Source of the DNA: Azolla caroliniana
Lineage: Eukaryota; Plantae; Polypodiophyta
Assembly (NCBI GenBank): GCA_043228905.1
Contig: JBHGNT010000002.1
Span: 6,448,001-6,512,000, forward strand
Direction: 5' to 3'
DNA: 64,000 nucleotides
Part shown: positions 12,886 through 22,531 of the stretch, one piece after another
Layout of the letters: the number at the start of each line of letters is the position of its first letter
Numbering within the stretch: the first letter of the stretch is position 1
Made by a program: the position numbers and the translations under genes
The notes under the pieces: model-generated
Told to the model about the DNA's origin: nothing
What the model saw: the letters and a program-made list of their open reading frames with translations, nothing else
The model's database searches: none

Positions 12886-13338
12886 TGTTGAGAGACAAGC
12901 TCAACATCGGCCAGATCGGCTGAAGAAGCCGAGGACCGGATTGGTTGGGACCGATCGGTTAGGCCGAGTGCGTAAACCGGTACGCAGACCGGTGCGTAGG
13001 TAGGGCCGGATCGGTGCGGAAACCGGGAGGCCGTTAAGAAAGATATTCCGTGAGGAATATATTTGGGAGTTAGTGTAGGAGCTCTCAATGAGCATTGAAG
13101 TACTGTCAGTACTTCTGTCAGTCCTTCTAGGACTTGTATAAAAGTGTTCATTGAACACACATATGTATAGAGTGTGGTGAATAGAGATTGTTTTTGTTGA
13201 ATATAGTTCTTGTGTTCTCTCTCTCTCACTGACTCTGTCTCTCCCGAGTATACTGCGTAAGCTCAAGCTCTCCATTAAACCTGAGTGTTCTTCCTTCTGT
13301 TCGGTCTTCATACTTGCTTCCGCACGCTACTTTCTACA
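12886..13338 (+). repeat. 3' LTR of Copia A (453 bp)
   Basis: TGTTGAG...CTACA after the PPT; homologous to the LTR at 50711-51087. Confidence 0.9.
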
Positions 13339-14765
13339 TGAGTGGACGCAAAAATGTATAAAAGTTCAATTTTTTGGGCACATCAAGCTTGACTTGTGAA
13401 TCCAAGGAGATGAAAAACTTCCCAAGGTATGGTAGCCAAACAAACAATATAGTGCTGCCAATGGTATTTCAACATAATAAAACAAATCTCATGATCTATT
13501 CGAAACATGTAAAGGTTCCAAGATCTTCCTTCATGTTCATGAGTTACATTGGTATCCTTACTTTTTCAATGACTTTTGGCTCTCTTTCTTTTTCATTTAT
13601 GTTTATGCATTTTCTTAAATCTTATTATGAAATAGATGGGAGTCGCAAACAAAAGAATGTAGTAATAATAGTGTATTGATCTACCTCAAACCAATATGAT
13701 AAACATAGGGGTACCCCTTAGTTACCCTTTGTTTTTTTAATCAAATGAACTTGTAAGCCATTGATTAAAAGTAATAGTTAGATAAGCTCTAATAATAAGT
13801 TGATTAAAAATAGTTACCTTCCATAGCAAATGTACAATACTTTTGTTCCTCAAAATTTCCTTGTATAATGACTTGGTCAAAACAATAAATGGACTACTTG
13901 CCTAGTTTATACATGGTAAATGTTATGTCTCAAATTTGGCTATGCTAAGAATTTACTTGAATGTCGAGAAGTTGGCCAAACGCTTCTCTTGATAAGCCCA
14001 TTGTGCGCTATGAAGATCCCCTTCTTCCTTGTTTCCTTCCTTCAAACACAATTAGTTAAGCTACAATGATCAAATGAAGATGAATATGAGAGTAAATTTT
14101 CTAGTTGTATCTGGATAGTTTTACAAAAAACAAAAGTCAATGAGTCGTTGTAGAGCTCCATAATCTCGATTGAAATTTGTGTGGCTCGAATGCATGTTGA
14201 AATGTATATTGTATATATACACATACTAGCACTCATTGCTAGCCATGCGGTTTTACTCGAAGCAAGACATCTTGAATTGATGAGATTAGTGAGACCCCAT
14301 TGCATTGCTCACGTTGCTTGTGGCATTCAGTCTTAATCAAGTCTAAGGATTCACCTATATCCATATTTGACGCCATGGCTACATCACTAGGATTGATACC
14401 ATGGTAATTGCATTGTCATCGTTACAAATCGTCAATGACACCAATGTGTGCAGGCACACACACGTGTACACACACACACACACACACATACATACATGGA
14501 GAGACCGACGGGCCGAGGAGATTATACAAAGAATTCAGTCGGCTGTTCTGAGGAGGGGGTAGTAGTATGCAGTGTTAAATTGTTATTGCTTTTGGGGTTT
14601 CGTATTGTTTTTCGTTGTTAAACGGAAAGGGGGGGGGGGTTGTGTGTGTGTTTTGCTCCTGCGTGACATGATTTTTTAAAATTTATTTTAATGTTATTAT
14701 TAATATTATTTCTTTCTTTCTTAAATTTGAGAGAAATGTTTTTTGGTTTTGTGTTCATTTCTTGG

Positions 14766-14797
<32 letters not shown>

Positions 14798-14938
14798 TTA
14801 TTATAATTTATATATATATATATTATTTATTATAACACCCACAAATTCTTGGCGTCCATTCGCCAGGCGCACAAATATATCTTCTAACTCTCACGAGACA
14901 GACAGACACAGTCACAGACAGACAAGACGCAGACGCAG

Positions 14939-14981
<43 letters not shown>

Positions 14982-15005
14982 GAAGAGGAGGACAGATGAC
15001 TTGAT

Positions 15006-15527
15006 ATGGCAGTAGGAGCGTCGCTGGCAATGGAGGAGGAGGAGGAGGAGGAGGCGGCGTCAGGAGTGGCGGAGGAAGCGTGGAGAATTCCGGCGGCGGA
15101 GGCGGAGGCGAGCACAGGCATGGAAGCGAGCGGAGCTTGTGAAGAAGAACCTGCAGGAGCGGAGAAGAGAGGAAGAGCAGCGACGGCGAAGAAGAAGAAG
15201 AAGAAGGAAGAATTGCGGAGAAGTGGAGTGTCAGGGGGCGGCGGATATGGAGAAGAAGAAGAAGAAGAGATGGTGGTGGTGGTGCGCCAGCCGCAGGTGG
15301 CCAGGCTGAAGAGGGAGAGCCAGGAGATGATGGATGACGCCAGCAGGGAGGCGTGCCCCCCCTGCACGTGCGGGATGGCGGCGCCACGTGGCGGAGGGGG
15401 GTCCCCGACCAGAGCTCGCACGTGCGGCGGCCGCACGGGCGCCACGTCGCCGCGACACGTGAGCAGCCCCCGGGCATCATCGACGCCGTCACCGCTGGGC
15501 ATCCGCTCCAAGACCTGCTCCATCTAA
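15006..15527 (+). CDS. Possible intronless low-complexity hypothetical protein (173 aa) in a GC-rich island
   Basis: ATG-to-TAA ORF in a GC-rich island, preceded by an AT/TATA-rich stretch and (GA)n and followed by an AT/CA-rich tail. No recognisable domain; the antisense frames are also open. Confidence 0.35.
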   Translation: MAVGASLAMEEEEEEEAASGVAEEAWRIPAAEAEASTGMEASGACEEEPAGAEKRGRAATAKKKKKKEELRRSGVSGGGGYGEEEEEEMVVVVRQPQVARLKRESQEMMDDASREACPPCTCGMAAPRGGGGSPTRARTCGGRTGATSPRHVSSPRASSTPSPLGIRSKTCSI

Positions 15528-17091
15528 ACCCTTTTTTTTATATGTACATCCCTTTCTTTGTACACAAATACAATACACACACACACATATACATTATACA
15601 CACACACACACACGTGTGTGTGTGTGTGTGTGGAGTCCACAAAATTTGTAATTAAACAAGGACACCACCACATACTAACTACTACACGTGGGGGGGGGGG
15701 GTGTCCTACTACTACATACTAACTACTATTACAACCAACGGATACACCCGTGTTCCTAATGATTGCCTAGGCCAGTCTTTTTCAAGGGCTCTTTCGCCCT
15801 TCTGAATAACACATTTGTGGTGAAGAAAGGGGTTCCACCTAATGATTATTGGTATCTCTACTTCAATGTCAATATATCACACAAGTGTTCTCTACTCCAC
15901 TCTACAATGGATTTTCTCTCTTCTACCTTCCTTTCCACACATGTAAGAACAACACCTTTATGCTGAAAATGAAAATAAAGATCCCCCCCAATCTAGGGAC
16001 TTGTAAAACAACATGATGATACTAGGAAAAAACCTATGGTATGCCTTGCTACCTCGACAGTGAGGATCTCATGGTAAGGTGGGAACTTGGTTTTGTATCG
16101 CCATTCATACATCAATGTCAAGAGTTAGTATGCAATAAACTCTACTCATTCAAATTTCTAGAGTTAGCTTCTTTTCTTTTCTTTTATGAAACAACTGTAA
16201 TTGTAAGGTCATATAATAGGTAAGATTTGTAATGACTTACAAGATGGTGCCTTCACAATTTATTGTATCATTCCTTAACTTTGTTGTGATTGGAACAAGG
16301 CCACAATGAACTTAAGAGTATTGATGGTTCATGTTCAATGTTTAATGATCAAGCCAACGAAAACTTTGCATTGGATTAGCATTCATCACACAAGTTTTCC
16401 CAAACTTTGCATTGGCCATGCGCATCTCCATTTTCCCTAAACCCTCATACATACCAGTCTAGAATTCATGCTTCCAATATATCCCTACACATGCTATCTA
16501 TGACCATTTGAAGTCACTCATGAACTCATTGTATTGATGGATAATGAACTTCCGTGCAACAATTCATATACATGCCAACATTATACTTCTACAATGGACT
16601 TTAAAAGTGCCCCCTTACCTAATCAAACATTCTATTGTTATGTTTGTTAGATGAAGAATATGATAAGGATTTGCAAACTAAGATGTATACAACATGTTGG
16701 GAAACAGGTTCCTCCCGATGGGAAGAGCACGAGCCAGATCAACTAGATGATAGGTAACTCGGCCGAGGCCGAAAAATCGACTAATCGAATAATAATCAAT
16801 TCAGCTAATAACCGAATCAACCGAAGCCGACTCAAGGCCAGATTTGTAAATAGTCATATATGAACATGAGTATAAATATACTTAGGGCAAGTAGTTACAA
16901 GGAATGATTATTATTATTGTGAAAAGTTATAGTGAGTTGTTGCCTCTGTAACTAGAGTGGGAGAGTAAGAGAGTGTGTGAGTAACTCTATTGTCGTCTAT
17001 GGATGAAGAAGAGGTCAAGGTCGTTGCCTTGAAGCTTCTTGTTGTATTCCTCCTATTATAGTGATATAGTTCAGAGTTTGTGGACTCCCGT

Positions 17092-17444
17092 TGTCACGGA
17101 TCATAAACTCAAGAGACAACGAAGAAGATAACCAAATGGACAAGAAAGAAGATAGTACTAAAGGAAAGACTCCATAACTGGTGTTGTTCACCTTGAATTC
17201 CTTCAAGGTGAACTCCTCTATTTATACTACATGGCATGCATACTTGTTGCACGCATGTGAATCTACAATAGAGCATGTAGGTATGCATGCATGTGCCAAG
17301 TGTAAATACTACAAGGGAGCAACTATGCACATGATGCTAGCAAAATAATAAGGACCAATTACATACATAACTAGTACTAGATATCTTGGTTAACTCATAA
17401 TAGTAGATTATAACATGGTCGTGTCAAGAGTTCGAATCTTGACA
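17092..17444 (-). repeat. 3' LTR (353 bp)
   Basis: No differences from 22037-22389 seen by eye. Confidence 0.95.
17378..17444 (+). other. tRNA-like cassette ending in a T-arm hairpin at the LTR U3 terminus (second copy 22323-22389)
   Basis: TAGATATCTTGG-TTAA followed by the hairpin TGTCAAGA-GTTCGAA-TCTTGACA, whose loop is the B-box core. Confidence 0.6.
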
Positions 17445-20400
17445 TTATCCCCCTTCTTATGCCGCCGCCTTCCCAAATCGGCCGCTGGTTTGTGGGGATA
17501 TCGGTGATGAAAATCTTGGACGACCTCTGGGGCATTTTGTAAATTTGCCGATGGTTCCCATGTGGCCTCAGACATGGGGTAACCCCTCCATAGGACGAGG
17601 TATTGCAAGTGTCGATGGTGCCAACGCGAGTCAAGGATTTGGTCGACCTCGTATTCCTCCCCTGTCGTCAATTGCACAGGTGGTGGTGGTGGGGCTTGAC
17701 GTCCTGGGAGTTGTGAAGCATAATGGGGTTCGAGGAGGGCGACATGAAAAATATCGTGAATCCGGAAGTGGGATGGAAGGGCAAGCCGGAAGGCGACGGG
17801 ATTGATGCACTCGATGATATGGAATGGTCCCAACTTCTTGTAATCAAGTTTCGCACATGGACGAGTAGTAGAGATGTGTCGACGTAACAACCAGACCATG
17901 TCTCCAACGACAAAGTGTGGAGTGGAAGATCGATGGCGATCAGCCTGCTTCTTGTATCGTTCATTAGCAAGACTAAGCTCCAAGGATAAATCATGATGTA
18001 CTTCTTCCAAAATGCGGGCACGATCCTCCGCCGAAGGGTTCACGGAAGTGGTAGGAAGGGAAATGTTGAAGCGAGGATGTAAACCGTAGTTGGCAAAGAA
18101 GGGAGTGACGCCAGTCGATGCATGGAGAGAATTATTGTAGGCGAATTCTGCGAGCGAAAGTAAGTTGACCCAATCATCTTGTTGGTAACTAACCGAGCAC
18201 CGAAGATACTGCTCAAGGATTTGGTTGACACGCTCCGTTTGCTCGTCAGTTTGGGGGTGATAAGCGGAGGACAACTTGACAGAGATGCCTAAAGTTTGTA
18301 GTAGGCGCTGCCAGAAGTGAGACAAACTGGGGTCCCCAATCCGAGATGACATCATCGGGGAGTCCATGCAAGCGTACTACATTGTTGAGTAGGAGATGCA
18401 CCATTCCTTCTCCGGAAATGGTTTTGGAGCATGGAGTGAAGTGAGCCATCTTCGTAAACCGATCGACAACGACCAACACCGAGTCATAGCTATTGACCAA
18501 GGGTAGATCAGTTATCAGGTCCATAGAGATAGAGGCCCAAGGACGACGAGGACATGGAAGCGGCTGTAGTAAGCCGTATGGCCGATGATGAATGGCTTTG
18601 GAGCGAGCACAAACCTCACAACTCTTTATGTATTCTTTGACCAGCTTCCATGGTTGTGGCCACCAATACCCCCAAGAGATTAGCTCGAGGGTTTTCGCGA
18701 CCCCGAAATGACCTGCAAGTGGGTCATCGTGGCATTCCCGCAACACTCGGGTGCGACATGGGCCCTCTGGGACGTATAAGAGATGATCTCGGAACAACAA
18801 ACCCTCTTGTATGGTGAAGGTGTCAAGATCCTTCCTTTTGGTCGCCTTGGAGGGGTTTTGCAGACTATCTCGAATCTCGTTGGCGAACGCATCGGTCTTG
18901 GATGCATCAGTGATTTGTTGGAGTAAAGAATCATCCTGCAACATACAAGTGGCAAACAGATGCAATTGGTCGGGTTTCAACAAACGTCTAGATTGTTGAG
19001 CATAAGCAACATCCCCAAGGCGGAGTGCAAGGTCAGCTCGGCGAGAAAGGGCATCAGCCTTCCCATGTTGGCCACCAGGTCGAAATACAATCTCAAAATC
19101 GTAGTCGGCGAGAAATGTAGACCAACGGGCCTGCCTTCGATTCAAAGTACGAGTGGTGGAAAAATAAACTAAATTTTTATGATCAGTCACTACCTGGACA
19201 CGATGTTGTGCGCCGGCCAAGTAGGGTCGCCATTCTTCAAAGGCAGCAATGATAGCAGCAAGCTCCTTGTCGTAAATGGGATAATTGATTTCGGATGCCG
19301 TAAATTTTCGGGAATAGTAAGCCACTGGGTGCATTAGGTTGTTGTCGTCTGCTTGGGATAAGATGGCGCCAATGGCAAAGTCAGAGGCATCGGTTTCGAC
19401 TTGGAAGGGTTTTGTGGGGTCGGCATGTAGCAGCACCGGGGCAGTGATGAATGCATGTTTGAGTGAGTCGAACGCATTTTGTGCCTCCGAGGTCCATAAA
19501 AATGGAGTGCCTTTATGGGTGAGAGCGATAAGAGGTTGTGCTAGGGTGGAAAACCCCTTGATGAAGCGACGGTAAAAATTCGCGAAGCCGAGGAAGGATT
19601 GCACATCTTTAAGTCGCCTTGGAGTCGCCCACGCCTGAATGACAGAGACCTTCTTCATATCCATGGTGATGCCAGTGGGTGAGATGATGTAGCCCAGAAA
19701 TTCGATCGAGGTACGGTCGAACTCGCATTTCTCGCCTTTGGCATAAAGGCCATGCTTGCGAAGTTTGGCTAGAACTAATCGGACTTGGTGAGTGTGCTCC
19801 TCCATGTTTGGCGAGAAAATGAGAATATCATCGAGGTAAATGACAACAAAAAGATCAAGATATTCCCGGAAAATATCGTTCATCATATGTTGAAAAACTG
19901 CGGGAGCGTTAGTAAGACCAAAAGGCATTACCTTGTATTCGAAATGCCCATACCGTGTTCGAAATGCGGTTTTCCATTCATCCCCCGGCTTGATGCGTAC
20001 TAGATTGTACGCGCCACGCAGATCAACTTTGGAGAAGACACGCGCAACTCGGAGCCGATCAAGGAGTTCGGGGATCAGAGGTAGCGGATAGCGGTTGCGC
20101 ACAGTGAATTTGTTGAGACCTCGGTAGTCGACGCATAAGCATAGAGAGCCGTCCTTCTTCTTCACAAATAAAATGGGGGCCCCGGTTGGTGACTTAGAAG
20201 GTTGAATAAAGCCTTTCTCGAGGTTCTCATCAAGATACACACGAAGGGCCTTCAACTCTGGTGCAGACAGCGCATATAGAGGACCAAAGGGTGGACACGC
20301 ACCTTCTTGAAGATCAATCGGACAATCGTAGAGCCGGTGTTCAGGCAACCGATCAGCATTACATTTTTCAAATACGTCGGAGAAGTGTTGGTATTTTTTG

Positions 20401-20471
20401 GGAATAACATGGAGTGTGTTAGAAATGGCGCCACAAACAAACCCATCCTGGACGGATGATGGGGTAGTCAA
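17408..20471 (-). pseudogene. Gypsy pol RT-RH-INT-CHD with one frameshift in integrase
   Basis: 741-aa ORF (RT YLDD, RNaseH, integrase N-terminus) overlapping a 319-aa ORF in another frame near 18320. Confidence 0.9.
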
Positions 20472-20486
20472 TTCGGAGTCGACCGT

Positions 20487-21215
20487 TGTCGTGCCTTTCG
20501 GCTCCGGATCGTTTGCGTGAGTCGGGTGGGAACCGCTGGGGTTTTGGACTAGGAAGAGGAGAGTTTTAAGGCTAATAAGAATATAAATATGTTGTAAGAA
20601 AGAGTTATAGCAAACTCGTGAATCCCACGAGTGTATTGTATTAGATTAATCAATATGAATATAAGAATATAAACTTCGGTTGAAAGAGAATGATATAGAA
20701 TTCTCGTGAATCCCACGAGTATAATTTATTAATTGGTGTTTTTTAGAAACATATCCAGTTTCCAAATATTTTTCACACACAATTACATTGTGCTCCCCAT
20801 CCTTATGTAGTGATGAGGAAGTCTTAGTAATCCATGCTTTTTCTCTAACTATAGACCCCATGCTTTTCCTATAGATAGACTATATGCTTTATCTAAAGTG
20901 ATCATGCTTTTTTCTAACTTGTGCGTTTTTTATCATGCACGCTAGATGTGTATGTGTAGCTTTTTCTTTTGTTATGCGTTTTTCTAATGTTTATCCTAGC
21001 GTGAATTTACCTTTCTATGTGGGACATCTATGCTTTAACACTAATGAAATGCTAGTGTAATGGTAAGACATTACATTATTAACATGGAGGTGCAAGGTTC
21101 GAATCTTGCCCTATGCATGTTCCATTTATTTTGCTATTTTCTTCTATTTCTTCATTTTTTATTGAATCTAATACTATATACGTTTTTCACGTAGTGTACA
21201 AAATACACTACGACA
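20487..21215 (-). mobile_element. Solo LTR (729 bp) related at its U5 end to Gypsy element G; 4-bp TSD CCGT
   Basis: TGTCGT...ACGACA termini; CCGT at 20483-20486 and 21216-21219. Minus-strand TTCCTAGTCCAAAACCCCAGCGGTTCCCACC aligns with G LTR TTCCTCGGTCCAAGACCCCAGTGGTCCCGCC. Confidence 0.82.
21046..21117 (+). other. tRNA-like Pol III cassette in the solo LTR (antisense to the LTR)
   Basis: Consensus A box TAGTGTAATGG (21053-21063) and B box GGTTCGAATCT (21096-21106) within stem GCAAG/CTTGC, 43 nt apart; TTTT about 12 nt downstream. Confidence 0.75.
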
Positions 21216-22023
21216 CCGTCTCCGAAGGATAGGAAACTGAATTTACCTTCATACTTTTGCACGAGCATCTTGGCTTGCTAAATGTGATCGAGCGGTTGCA
21301 CCAATCCACTATTGGATTGTGCGCCTCCAACCACGTTAGTCCTAAGACGATCGGATGTCGAGGAGATGCGATGAGGTAAAAGGTGAGCTCCTCTTGGTGT
21401 GAGCCCACCCGAAGCCCTAATGGGATTGTAGCTTGAGTAATTGCACCTGACGAGAGGACGCACCCGTCGATGGCTTCAACTGGAATGGGTTTTGAGAGGC
21501 CAACGACAGGTACGCCATGTGCTTGGGCAAACGCGACGTCGATGAAACAAGAAGATGCCCCAGAATCAAGTAAAGCAACAGACTGAATGGAACTAGAGTT
21601 AAACGAAAGCCATGTGCTTGGGCCGGACCGGAGAGAAGGGTGCCCACAAGGCCGACTTGTCGAAGACCATCTCCATAACGTTGAGGTTGTAGCCGAATGA
21701 TAAGTCGAACTTGGTTGATGAACCCTCGGAAACGTGACCTCGTTCCATCAAATTTTTCTGGGAGGCTAACCTTAGGCTCAAGAAACTGTGACGAAGCTAG
21801 GCTAGATGTTGGTAGAAGATCGGGCTCTAGGCTAGGTTGTTGTGGGAGACTAGAGTTCGGGGGTTGTGAGGATAGGGAGGTACTGACTTGAAGTTCTTGT
21901 AAAGAATTTCAAAGAGCTTCATTTTCAAGCTGTAGTTGTCATAAGGCTACCATTATTTGGCCTAACTCACTAGTTGAGTAGGACATAGCTATGGCTTATG
22001 AGAGGGAGAGCTATGAGGATGGG

Positions 22024-22034
22024 AAGGTGAACAA
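22024..22034 (-). promoter_or_regulatory. Self-priming PBS (11 nt complementary to the predicted transcript 5' end)
   Basis: Minus strand TTGTTCACCTT lies 2 nt after the 5' LTR and is complementary to AAGGTGAACAA (22139-22129), which starts 32 nt below TATAAATAG. No TGG-type PBS. Confidence 0.8.
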
Positions 22035-22036
22035 AC

Positions 22037-22389
22037 TGTCACGGATCATAAACTCAAGAGACAACGAAGAAGATAACCAAATGGACAAGAAAGAAGATAG
22101 TACTAAAGGAAAGACTCCATAACTGGTGTTGTTCACCTTGAATTCCTTCAAGGTGAACTCCTCTATTTATACTACATGGCATGCATACTTGTTGCACGCA
22201 TGTGAATCTACAATAGAGCATGTAGGTATGCATGCATGTGCCAAGTGTAAATACTACAAGGGAGCAACTATGCACATGATGCTAGCAAAATAATAAGGAC
22301 CAATTACATACATAACTAGTACTAGATATCTTGGTTAACTCATAATAGTAGATTATAACATGGTCGTGTCAAGAGTTCGAATCTTGACA
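22037..22389 (-). repeat. 5' LTR (353 bp)
   Basis: Direct repeat of 17092-17444; TATA box on the minus strand at 22163-22171. Confidence 0.95.
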
Positions 22390-22531
22390 CCCGTGGTTTT
22401 TCCTGTTCAAGGTTTTCCACATAAACATCCTGTCTCTCTATACTTCTGTTATATGTTATCTGTGTACTATCAATTTTGATCTTTGCACCCGTATATGTAT
22501 CAACCGATTGTAGCCAATGGGATCCTCAACA

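Larger units (their letters stand above)
3199..13338 (+). mobile_element. Ty1/Copia element A (protease, integrase, RT, RNaseH, 3' LTR), interrupted by Copia B; 5' part lies outside the window
   Basis: Protease WYVDSGASNHMT (3222-3686). Frame resumes at 9435 (MFAKG..LWHKRIGH, SDGGKEY). RT LLYVDD, RNaseH ADIFTK. PPT GAGGGGGAG then LTR 12886-13338. Confidence 0.9.
17092..22389 (-). mobile_element. Ty3/Gypsy chromovirus (Tcn1-like), gag-deleted, apparently identical 353-bp LTRs; TSD CCCGT
   Basis: LTRs 17092-17444 and 22037-22389; CCCGT at 17087-17091 and 22390-22394; PPT (minus) about 17445-17458; pol ORFs 18246-20471 and 17408-18367 with chromodomain YLVLWRGY..ATWEP; protease LLDSGA about 21560. 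Confidence 0.96.
16695..22531 (+). mobile_element. Solo LTR of the Copia B/C/D group, split by a Gypsy insertion
   Basis: TGTTGGGA start, family motifs TTTGTAAATAG, GTATAAATAT..CTTAGGGC and CTCCCGT|GGTTTTTCC..GGTTTTCCAC, CAACA end; flanks CAACA/CAAAA. Confidence 0.8.

Noticed and set aside
14884-15523. Minus-strand 202/203-aa ORFs as genes
   Set aside because: They run through microsatellites and low-complexity GC-rich sequence that lacks stops; no domain evidence.
15740-16690. Possible decayed DNA-transposon coding remnant
   Set aside because: No recognisable motif, terminal repeat or TSD.
2780-21117. Calling the tRNA-like cassettes functional tRNA genes
   Set aside because: Acceptor and anticodon stems do not pair; only the A/B boxes and partial T-arms remain.
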